Shown here: positions 38,913-48,253 of the stretch, in pieces
Position numbering within the stretch: position 1 is the first letter of the stretch
How the letters are laid out: every line of letters starts with the position of its first letter
DNA from: Alphaproteobacteria bacterium
Lineage (GTDB): Bacteria > Pseudomonadota > Alphaproteobacteria > Bin95
Direction of reading: 5' to 3'
DNA length: 64,000 bases
NCBI GenBank assembly: GCA_964291285.2
Contig: OZ219787.1
Location: 1,472,001-1,536,000 of the forward strand
Program-made: the position numbers and the translations under genes
Notes under the pieces: generated by a model
What the model was told of the DNA's origin: nothing
Database searches by the model: none
The model's input: only the letters and a program-made list of their open reading frames with translations

Positions 38913-39550
38913 CCGCAACGCATCGCGGGCCGTGTCGTCGCTCCGGCTGCGGCACGGTCCGTTTCCTCTTTCGCACATCGATGACGCGGCAACGCCAACC
39001 TCGCGCGCTTCGCGCCGCACTCGTGCTCCGGCTTCGCCGATCGCGCTTGCGTTCCGCGTCCGCGTCACGCGCCGCTGCACCATGCTTCGCCCGGGTGCAT
39101 CGCCGTCCGCGCCGATCCCGGCGCACCGCCCGCCGCACTTCCGCCAGCGTGACTGTCGACGGCACTGCCGGCGCTGCCGCCCGTCCGCTCGGCACGGTGC
39201 TTCGCACCAGTGCCCGCGCTCGCGCCGGCGAGGCCGTCCGCTCACACGCCGCGGCGGCTCCCCTCCGCCGGGTTCCCCGGCGTCGATTTCCCCATCGTGT
39301 ATGCTATCCCTTCCGGCTCTGTCTCGACGGCGGAGCCGCTATTTCGTCACACCCGACGCATCCTTGATGCAGGGAGCGAGGCCCGGCCGGCCTGCATCGG
39401 TCGGCAGTTTTCCGTTGCGTGACAGACGGTTGGGCCTGGCCCGGCCTCTGGCCGCGGTTTCGCGCGCGGGTCGCGTTGTCCGTTCAGGAGCGCCGTTCCG
39501 TTCCCCCGGGACGGACGGCGCCCGAGGGAACAGACAACGGAGACACGCCC

Positions 39551-40687
39551 ATGCGCATCCATGCCCCCGTCAACGAGCGGACGGTCCGCCGCACCTTCAG
39601 GGAGAAGAAACCCGGACGATACGGCCTGACCGTCATCGACAGGGACCTGCCCGCCTTCGGCTTCACCGTCGCCGGGAACGGAACGAAGACCTTCTTCGTC
39701 CGGACCTCACGCCAGTTCGGCGCGCCCAGGGCGATCCTCGGCACGACCGACGACATGACCGCCGCCGAGGCGAGGGAGAAGGCCATTGCCGCCATCGCCG
39801 AAGCCAAAGCCGACCGCGAGACCGGGCCGCTGTTCGCCGACTTCGCGGCCGACTTCATGCGCCGCCAGGGGCGGCGCTGGAAACCCTCCACGAGGAAGGC
39901 CAACGCCCATCTGATCGAGCGCCGCCTCGTGCCCTTCTTCGGCGCGATGCCCGTCGCGAAGATCGACCGCGCCGATGTGCGGCGCTGGTTCGATTCCCTC
40001 AGCGGAACCCCCGGCAGCGCCAACCGGACCCTGCCGGTGCTGTCGGTGATGATGCGGCAGGCGGAGCTGTGGGACCTTCGCCCGCAGGGTTCCAACCCCT
40101 GCCGCAACATGCGGCGCTACAGGACGGCGCCGCGCGAGCGGTTCCTGTCCCTGGACGAGTTGAAGCGCCTCGGCTTCGTGCTCGACCATGCCGAGGACCG
40201 GCAGGCCGCCGCCGCCATCCGCCTGCTGCTGTTCACCGGCGCCCGGTCGTCCGAGATCGCCGGCCTGCAATGGGACTGGATACGGGACACCCGCGCGGTG
40301 TTGCCGGACTCCAAGACCGGACCGAAGGCGCTCCAGCTTCCCCCGCCCGCGCGGGCCGTCCTGAATGGCCTGCCGCGCGAGGGACGCTTCGTCTTCCCGA
40401 ACGGGAAGGGCGACGGCCCGATGACCGGCCTCGGCCTGCGCTGGCAGAAGCTGCGCGGTCTCGCCGGGCTGGACGATGTGCGCATCCACGACTGCCGGCA
40501 TACCTTCGCCTCCCATGCCGTGATGAGCGGCCTCGACCTCTACACCGTCGGCCGCCTGCTCGGCCATGCCGATACCGCCTCCACCGAACGCTACGCCCAT
40601 CTCGCCGACGAGCATGTCCGCGAGGCGGCCGGGCGCATCTCCGGGATCGTCCACGAGGCCATGACCGGGAAGGAGAGCGGGCGATGA
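39551..40687 (+). CDS. Tyrosine recombinase/integrase 3
   Basis: DRDLPAFGF Arm-like domain; TGARSSE, DSKTG, HDCRH, LLGH and RYAH intact. Confidence 0.93.
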   Translation: MRIHAPVNERTVRRTFREKKPGRYGLTVIDRDLPAFGFTVAGNGTKTFFVRTSRQFGAPRAILGTTDDMTAAEAREKAIAAIAEAKADRETGPLFADFAADFMRRQGRRWKPSTRKANAHLIERRLVPFFGAMPVAKIDRADVRRWFDSLSGTPGSANRTLPVLSVMMRQAELWDLRPQGSNPCRNMRRYRTAPRERFLSLDELKRLGFVLDHAEDRQAAAAIRLLLFTGARSSEIAGLQWDWIRDTRAVLPDSKTGPKALQLPPPARAVLNGLPREGRFVFPNGKGDGPMTGLGLRWQKLRGLAGLDDVRIHDCRHTFASHAVMSGLDLYTVGRLLGHADTASTERYAHLADEHVREAAGRISGIVHEAMTGKESGR

Positions 40688-41920
40688 GCGGCCGCAGGCA
40701 CCGGCTCACCGTGAAGGCCGTCGCCGCCGCCAAGCCGGCGGAACGGGAATACACCCTGTGGGACAATCTGCTGGCGCATTTCGGGGTCAGGGTGCAGCCC
40801 TCCGGCGTCCGGTCCTGGATCGTCCAGACCCGCGTCCGGGGACGCATGCGCAAGATCACCCTCGGGCGCTTCCCCGAACTGCCTCTCGACGCGGCCCGCC
40901 GGGAAGGCGCGGCCGTGCTCGCCCGCCTGTGGAGCGGCGAAGACGTGACGCCGCCGCGCAAGGAGAAGGCGCCGCTGTTCCGGGACTTCGCCGCCCGCTA
41001 CCGCTCGCGGCGGAAACACCGCTGGAAGCCGTCCTCGCTCAAGACCTTCGATAGCTACATGAAGAACCGCCTGATGCCGCATTTCGGCAGGCTCCGGCTC
41101 GACGCCATCGACCATGCGCGGGTCTCGGCGTGGTTCGACGCCGCCAGCGCGGACAGGCCCGGCGCCGCCAACCGCGCCTTCGAGATACTCCGCGCCATGC
41201 TCGGGACGGCCCGGCAGTGGGGCGACATCGGCGAGCATGTCCCCGATGCCTGCGCCAACATCGTGAAGAACCCCCGCAAGCCTGTCGCGCGTTACCTCAG
41301 CCGCGAAGAGCTGGAGCGCCTCGGCGCGGTGCTGGATCGGCACCGGGAGCAGCACCCCTGGCCGGTGGCGGCCATCCGGCTGTTGACGCTCACCGGGGCG
41401 CGGCTCTCCGAAGTCATCAACCTCAGGTGGGACGAGATCGGAGAGCTGGGCGGAGACGGCGCGAGCGCACGCATCGAAGACTCCAAGACCGGCCCGCGCA
41501 CCATCTGGCTCGGACCCGAAGCGGCAAGGCTGGTCGAGGTGTAGGTGACGGTCGTAAAAGGCGCTTATTTGCTGGCGTTGCGCGTTTTTGCGGGGCGTGA
41601 TGATCGCAGTGATTGTGGTGCGGCGGTGTTTGTGACGGGGGCCTGGGACGGAAGGAGGGCGTAGCCCGACTGGAGTCGCCGGCCCCCGTCGCGTTGATAT
41701 TTTCGCCTGCCGAGGGGAGGGTGTCCTGGCGCTGTCGGCGGGGGTCGCCGGGCTGCGCGAGGGGGTAGACTGGGGCTGCTGAGAACGATGCGGCGCCGGC
41801 CCCGTTTGCTAGGTGGCAACGACCGGCGCCGCACCCCCCGAGCCATGCAAGGCACGGCCCGTATGCGCAGTATCGTAGGCGTTCGGGCGTGGGTCCACCC
41901 CGTTCTCATCGGTCTTTGCG

Positions 41921-42355
41921 ATGAGGAACGCCGCCCGCCTGTTCACCTGCGCTTCGTGCCATCGCCAGGTTGTGCTGTGCCGGCGGTGCGACCACGGCAA
42001 CATCTACTGCTCGCGTCCGTGCAGCGGCCGGGCGCGGCGGCGCTCGCTGCGCCTTGCCGGGCGTCGCTACCAGAACAGCCGGCGGGGCCGTCACAAGCAT
42101 GCCGAACGCCAGCGGCGCTACCGCGAGCGCCGTCGCGTCCGTGCGCCTGAGGAGGGGCGCCGTGCGCAGAAAGTGACGCATCACCCTTTGACCCGTTCAC
42201 CGCGCCGTCCTGTTGTGGCGGGCATGCCGGCGGGGCGCTCGGGAAGGAGGCCCTTCGGACCCGACCGTCCCGCCGGAGTGTTCCGCTGCGATCACTGCGG
42301 GCGGTTCTGCGCCCGGGCGGTCTATCCGGGCCTGCGCCCGGCGCGAAGGGAGTGA
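41921..42355 (+). CDS. Arg-rich Zn-finger-like passenger protein
   Basis: CASC, CRRC, YCSRPC and CDHC; stop is 1 nt before the istA ATG. Confidence 0.7.
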   Translation: MRNAARLFTCASCHRQVVLCRRCDHGNIYCSRPCSGRARRRSLRLAGRRYQNSRRGRHKHAERQRRYRERRRVRAPEEGRRAQKVTHHPLTRSPRRPVVAGMPAGRSGRRPFGPDRPAGVFRCDHCGRFCARAVYPGLRPARRE

Positions 42356-42356
42356 G

Positions 42357-43862
42357 ATGGCGATCGACCAGCAGACCCGGGCCGAGATCCTGCGGCTGTA
42401 TTTTGCCGAGAAGTGGCGGATCGGCACGATCGCGCGCCAGCTCGGCGTCCACCACGGCACGGTCGAGCGCGCGGTGGCGGCCGCCGGGGCGCCCACGCCT
42501 GAGAAGCGGCGCAGATCTTCGATGATCGATCCGTTCCTGCCCTTCGTCCGCCAGACCCTGGCGGTCTGGCCGAAGTTGCCCTCCAGCCGGCTCTACCGGA
42601 TGGCGGTCGAGCGCGGTTACCGGGGGTGCGAGAGCCACTTCCGGCGCATGATCGCGCCCGAGCGTCCGCGGCCGGTGGCCGAGGCCTATCTGCGCCTCAA
42701 GGCCCTGCCCGGCGAGCAGGCCCAGGTCGACTGGGCCCACTTCGGCAAGGTGAGGATCGGGCGTGCGGAGCGCCCGCTGATGGCCTTCGTGATGGTGCTC
42801 GGCCACTCGCGCCGCCTCTTCCTGCGCTTCTACCTCAACGCCGGGATGGACAACTTCCTGCGCGGCCATGTCGAGGCCTTCGAGGCTTGGCAGGGCGTGC
42901 CCCGCGAGCTCTGGTACGACAATCTGAAGAGCGTCGTGCTGGAGCGGCGCGGCGACGCCATCCGCTTCAATCCCCGGCTTCTCGACTTCGCAGGCGCCTA
43001 CCGCTTCCTGCCGAAGCCGGTCGCGGTCGCCCGAGGCAACGAGAAGGGCCGCGTCGAGCGGGCCATACGCTATGTGCGCGACAGCTTCTTCGCCGCCCGC
43101 GCCTGGCGTGACCTCGACGATCTCAACGCCCAGGCCCGGGAGTGGTGCGAGGGCGTCGCCGCCGACCGCCCCTGGCCGGACGACCGCTCCCTCACCGTGA
43201 GCGAGGCCTTCGAGCGCGAGCGCGGCTCCCTGATGGCGCTGCCCGACGACCGTCCCCCCGTCGACGAGAGGGTCGAGGTCAGGATCGCCAAGACCCCCTA
43301 TGCCAGGTTCGACCTCAATGACTACAGCGTCCCGCATACCCATGTCCGGCGCACCCTCACCGTGGCCGCGACGCTGGAAGAGGTGCGCATCCTCGACGGC
43401 ATGGAGGTCATCGCCCGCCATCCGCGCAGCTTCGACAAGGCGGCCCGCATCGAGAACCCCGAACACATTGAGGAGCTGGTCAGGCGCAAGCGTCACGCCC
43501 GCAGCCTGCGCGGGCAGAGCCGGCTGCTCCAGGCCGCGCCCAACAGCGAGCGCCTGATCGCCGAGGCCGCCCCCCGCGGCGCTTATATCGGCGCCACCGT
43601 CGCCGCCCTGCTGCGCCTGCTCGACCAATACGGCGCCGCCGAGCTCGAAGCCGCCATCGACGAGGCCCTCGAACGCGGCGTCCCCCATCCCAATGCCGTG
43701 CGCCTCAGCCTCACACGGCGGCGCGAACTGCAGGACAGGCCGCCGCCGATCCCCATCGACCTGCCCAGGGACCCGCGCGTGCGCGACATCGCCGTGCGCG
43801 ATCACGATCTCGGCGGATACGACGGGCTGGCCGGCTACCATGAAAAGGACAGCGAAGAATGA
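42357..43862 (+). CDS. istA: IS21 transposase
   Basis: PGEQAQVDW, WYDNLK and EKGRVERAIRY (DDE). Confidence 0.95.
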   Translation: MAIDQQTRAEILRLYFAEKWRIGTIARQLGVHHGTVERAVAAAGAPTPEKRRRSSMIDPFLPFVRQTLAVWPKLPSSRLYRMAVERGYRGCESHFRRMIAPERPRPVAEAYLRLKALPGEQAQVDWAHFGKVRIGRAERPLMAFVMVLGHSRRLFLRFYLNAGMDNFLRGHVEAFEAWQGVPRELWYDNLKSVVLERRGDAIRFNPRLLDFAGAYRFLPKPVAVARGNEKGRVERAIRYVRDSFFAARAWRDLDDLNAQAREWCEGVAADRPWPDDRSLTVSEAFERERGSLMALPDDRPPVDERVEVRIAKTPYARFDLNDYSVPHTHVRRTLTVAATLEEVRILDGMEVIARHPRSFDKAARIENPEHIEELVRRKRHARSLRGQSRLLQAAPNSERLIAEAAPRGAYIGATVAALLRLLDQYGAAELEAAIDEALERGVPHPNAVRLSLTRRRELQDRPPPIPIDLPRDPRVRDIAVRDHDLGGYDGLAGYHEKDSEE

Positions 43863-44653
43863 CCGACACCCTCATGAACCGCGCCCGCGCGCTGGGCCTG
43901 CACGGCCTCCTCGCCCATTGGGGCGAAGTCGCGGAGCGCGACTGGCTCGCCTCCCTGATCGCGTGGGAAGAAGATGAGAAGCGCGCCCGAAGCCTCAAAC
44001 GCCGCCTCGCCGACGCCCGCCTCGGACAGTTCAAGCCGCTCGCAGACTTCGACTGGGACTGGCCAAGGCGCTGCGACCGCATGGCCGTCGAGGACCTCAT
44101 GACCCTCGACTTCCTCAAGGAGGCCGCAAACCTCGTACTGGTCGGACCCAACGGCGTCGGAAAGTCCACCATCGCCGCCAATATCGCCCACCGCGCCGTC
44201 CTCGAAGGCCACATCGTGCGCTTCGCAACCGCCGCCAGCCTGCTCGGCGAACTCGCCGCCATCGACTCCGACACCCTGCTCCAGCGCAGGCTGCGCTTCT
44301 ACGCCCGACAGCACCTGCTGGTCATCGACGAAGTCGGATATCTCTCCTACTCCAACCGCCACGCCGACCTGCTGTTCAACATCGTCTCAAGCCGCAGCCA
44401 GCAGAACTCAACCATAATCACCACGAACCGCCCCTTCGCCGAGTGGAGCGAGGCCTTCCCAAACGCCGCCTGCCTGGTCGCCCTCGTCGACCGGCTCGTC
44501 CACAACGCCGAGATCGTCGCCATCGACGGCGACTCCTGGCGCCGCAAGGAAGCCGAGGAACGTCAGAAGCAGCGCAGCGCCGAACGCCGCCGCCGGCGCG
44601 GACCGAAAGCCGGGCAAAGCACTGGAAAGGCGAACCCGGTCCCGTCGCCATAG
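43859..44653 (+). CDS. istB: IS21 helper AAA ATPase
   Basis: GPNGVGKS, LLVIDEVGY, ITTN and LVDRLVH. Confidence 0.95.
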   Translation: MTDTLMNRARALGLHGLLAHWGEVAERDWLASLIAWEEDEKRARSLKRRLADARLGQFKPLADFDWDWPRRCDRMAVEDLMTLDFLKEAANLVLVGPNGVGKSTIAANIAHRAVLEGHIVRFATAASLLGELAAIDSDTLLQRRLRFYARQHLLVIDEVGYLSYSNRHADLLFNIVSSRSQQNSTIITTNRPFAEWSEAFPNAACLVALVDRLVHNAEIVAIDGDSWRRKEAEERQKQRSAERRRRRGPKAGQSTGKANPVPSP

Positions 44654-44655
44654 CC

Positions 44656-45528
44656 ATGCATCCCTCCCGCCCCCGCGAGCGGCGGGTGCGGGCCGAGAGC
44701 CTGCGGGGCTATCCCCTCGAACCCGTCGCCCGAGCCCTCGGCTACCGCAGCGATCCCGACAATGCCGTGCGCTGGAGACGGCCAGGATCGGTCCTCTCCA
44801 TCAACCGCTTCATGTTCTACGACCATCTGCGCGCAGAGGAGGGAGCCGGGGCTATCGAACTGGCGGTCCATGCGCTCGGATGCACCCCGCCGGACGCCAT
44901 CGACTTCCTCGCCGAACTGTCCGACCTCTCAATGCCCCCAGGCGGCCGCCGGCAGGCGCCGGCCAAGGACCCCCGCTGGCCCAACCTCCGGCGATACCTC
45001 GTCGAGCGGCGCGGCCTCGCGGACGCGCTCGTCACCCTGTGCCGCGACCTCGGCCTGGTCCATGCCGACCCTCACGGCAACCCCGTGTTCGTCCGCCGAA
45101 ACGCCGCCGGCGAGGCTACCGGCATCGAAACCGTCACCGCTGACCGCAAAACGACCGCGGGCGGCGGCTTCTGGATGTCCTGGGAGACCGAATGGCCACA
45201 CGCCGTCATCCTGGCCGGCAACGCCCTCGACGCACTCTCCATCCTCTCCCTCCACCTCGGCCCGGTAAAACGCACCGAATGCGCCACCGTCTCCACCGGC
45301 GCCGTCGCCACCAAAGTCCCCAAATGGATCGAGGCATGGAACCCGCGCCTCATCTTCTGTGCATACGACGCCACCACAAACGGCGATCACGCCGCAAGGC
45401 GCCTCGCCCGCAACGACACCAGAATCGTCCGGCTGCGACCCGCACTCGACAACCGGGACTGGAACGACATGCTCATCCGCGACCGAGCCGGCGAACCAAT
45501 CGAAACCGATGACCAACAGATCAACTGA
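44656..45528 (+). CDS. Primase/Toprim-like passenger protein (DUF3991+Toprim-like)
   Basis: GAGAIEL, YLVERRGL, NALDALS, CAYDA...GD.AA and DWNDML; lies inside the IS21 IRs. Confidence 0.7.
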   Translation: MHPSRPRERRVRAESLRGYPLEPVARALGYRSDPDNAVRWRRPGSVLSINRFMFYDHLRAEEGAGAIELAVHALGCTPPDAIDFLAELSDLSMPPGGRRQAPAKDPRWPNLRRYLVERRGLADALVTLCRDLGLVHADPHGNPVFVRRNAAGEATGIETVTADRKTTAGGGFWMSWETEWPHAVILAGNALDALSILSLHLGPVKRTECATVSTGAVATKVPKWIEAWNPRLIFCAYDATTNGDHAARRLARNDTRIVRLRPALDNRDWNDMLIRDRAGEPIETDDQQIN

Positions 45529-46314
45529 AAAACCGCAACCGGCCGAAAAATGTCAGCGAATAGGCGCGCTCTGTAACCGTCGCTAACACGAGGCGCTGCC
45601 GCGACCGGATGGCCGGGAGCGAGTGTTCCCCGAGACCCTCACATCGGCAAGGCTTTACACCTTCTGGTGCGGTATCCGCGACGAGGCGGGGCTTCCGGGC
45701 CTTCGTATCCACGACTGCCGCCATACCTGGGCCTCGCAGGGCGTCATGAACGGCGTCGGGCTCACCACCGTCGGACGGCTGCTCGGACACCGCAAGCGGG
45801 AGACCACCGCGATCTACGCCCATCTCGACGATGGCGCGCTGCGCGACGCCGCCGCCCAGGCCGCGGCCGTCATCGCGCGAGCGATGGGGTACAAGGCGGA
45901 AGCGCCTCCGCTGCCGGACGAGGCGGCGCACGGCGATGCATCGGCCGACATACCTGCGCCGTCCAGGCCCGGTGCGTCGGCATCACCGGAGGGAGGGCGA
46001 TCCTCCCTCCGGGGCAGGACCGGGGATCCGGAGCGATCGGATGCAAGCATCCGCCGTAGACCGCAGGGTATCGGGATCTGAGTTTGCGGCGGGCATGGAG
46101 CTGATCGGGGACCCTCAGGCGGAGTCTTGCCGTGAAAATGGTTGGGAATCAGGCGCACGAAAACCCCTCCCCGCCAAAGCACTGCTCCCGAGGCGTCCGA
46201 TACTCGCCATCTGCGGCGCCCGTCTTGCGAACCGTGACCGGTAGGCAACCCCGTAAAAGCCCGAAGTCCCGCCCGCGCGGCCGGCACCTGTTTTCATGAT
46301 ACGGGGTGGCCGAC

Positions 46315-47992
46315 GGGCGTGAGTCTGACATGGCGATGCCGGGACCGGTCGGCTGATGTGGCTCATGCGGCGCGCCTGGCGGCGTAGCCAAGGCAGTTGT
46401 TGTCGTTGGCCGGGGTATCAGCATCGCTCATGAGGCCTGCCCATGCGCGGTCGAAGCGCCCGGATTTGATGAGGGCGCGTACGGTGAGGACGGCCTGCGC
46501 GCCGGCGATGCGCCATCGCATGCCGGAGCGCTTCATCCTCTGTGCGACGAGGGTTTTGTTTGCGGCCTCGACAACGCCGGAGCCGATGGTGATGCCGCGG
46601 TCGCTGAGGTTGCGGTATCGCATGCGCTTGCGGTGCTTGCGGAAGAAGGCGAGTTCGCGCTCGATGACGGTGCGCGCGGTGCGGTTGCCGCCTGCCTTGT
46701 CGCGCAGGTAGCGCAGCGCCCGGATCACCTTGGCGCTGCCGTGCGGGTCGTGTCGCAGGGTATGGCGGCAAGTCTCGAACCAGCGGGGATCGACGGCATG
46801 GTCGGAGGCTGTGCGGAGATGCTCGCAGGCGTGCCAGAAGTCGACGGCCACGGCCTCGGGCGAGAGGCTCTCCAGGAAGGTCCAGTTGTCGGGGGCGCCC
46901 CCCGCCTTCGCAGGGGCAGGCTCTGGCGACGGCGACTATGGCGATGTCGGGCCGGGCCTGGCGGATATGCGCGACCTCGCTTGCGAGTTGCGCCTTCAGC
47001 GTGGGCTTGCCGCTCTCCGGCATGCGGGCGAAGTAGAGGGTCTTGAGCCGTTCGCCTTGGGCGTCGTGGAAGGAGACCGTGCCGCAGGCGGCCTCGCGCC
47101 AGCAGGCCTCGTCGCGCCCGTCCTCGCCGGCACGCAGCGCCACCATGACGCCGTCGAGCGAGACCGAGGCGCTGACTGCCTCGGATGGGATGTCTTCCGT
47201 GTTGCGGATACTGTCCAGCGCCTGCGGCCCCAGGCCCTCCCAGCGCTCATGCATGGTCCGGGCGAGCCGCTGCAAGCTGCTCGCCGACGGCACCATGGCG
47301 CCCATCTCCGAGAAGAACTCTTCCGCTTCCCTGGCCGTGCCGTGGCCCATCATCATCAGCCCGAGCCGCGCGGCCGGGCGCGTCAGCCAGTCGTTCACCA
47401 GCCCCAGGCTCTCGTCCACCGGCACGAACGAGGGGCCGCCCACGCCGTGGCGATAACGCGCCCGCCTGTAGGTCACCGGGCCGAGCGCGCTCATGATCGT
47501 CTTCGGCGTCGCCGCCACACGGAACCGGCGTTGCCCGGCCCGCTCGACCCGCTCAGCCCCGTCGTCGAGGCGCTCGATCCACGACCCCAGAACCTCGCAG
47601 CCCAGCGCGTTCACCTTCGCCTGCACACGCCGCTCCATCTCTTCGAACGCCGCCGGGCAGGGCTCCACAGGAAGCGGCGCGCGGCACACAGTCGCCAATC
47701 CCGTCAACGCCTCCAGAACCCGAGCCGGCAAGCCCGACAGATCGATGGACGAAGACTGCGCAGGCTGCGACACTGGCATGGGACCGCTCCCGAGGTTGAT
47801 GTGGCAACAGCATCCTACCCTGCCTCTGGCGGGGCGGAGCGGTCCCGCACAACGGCCCCGCCATCGTGCGATCGTGACAAATGCCGGCCCTCCAACCCCC
47901 GATTGTCACCAAACCCCGTAATCGGGAACCCGAAACAAAGGCAAAATCTCAATATATCAACCGGTTACGATAGCCATACCGGACTTGCACCC
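46315..47992 (-). mobile_element. Full-length ISKra4-like IS with frameshifted transposase (46363-47779)
   Basis: Imperfect IRs GGGCGTGAGTCTGACATGGCGA / GGGTGCAAGTCCGGTATGGCTA; 8 bp TSD TGGCCGAC (46307-46314 and 47993-48000); GSGVVEAANK..V..RMKRSGMRW. Confidence 0.88.
46900..46924 (-). repeat. Short palindromic insertion element, identical to 12629-12653
   Basis: AGAGCCTGCCCCTGCGAAGGCGGGG at the same transposase position. Confidence 0.8.
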
Positions 47993-48253
47993 TGGCCGAC
48001 CCGCCCGGCAATGGACGTTTGTGCGCCCGATCTCCATAATTTTCACGACAAATCACAGGCGGTCTACGCTAGAGGCTTACGTTGAAGCGCGCTCACAAGG
48101 GAACCTCCCACAAGCTCTCCGGGACCCTTGTTCTCCCCTAAGCGCCGGTTAACGCAGCCCGCATCTTCCGGGCCGTGGGGCGCGACAGGGGCCTTGGATA
48201 GCCGGGAAGGCCGGCGCGGCGCTCTACGGCGATTTGCGGCGGCGCGCCGGCGG

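Larger units (their letters stand above)
41540..45588 (+). mobile_element. IS21-family element with passenger genes
   Basis: TG...CA ends, imperfect IRs TGTAGGTGACGGT / TGTTAGCGACGGT, 5 bp TSD CGAGG (41535-41539 and 45589-45593). Confidence 0.92.
40684..46081 (+). pseudogene. Tyrosine recombinase/integrase 4, split by IS21
   Basis: ATGA-coupled to integrase 3. N-part to 41539 (TGARLSE, DSKTG); C-part from 45594 (HDCRH, LLGH, IYAH); rejoins in frame when the IS and one TSD are removed. Confidence 0.92.
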
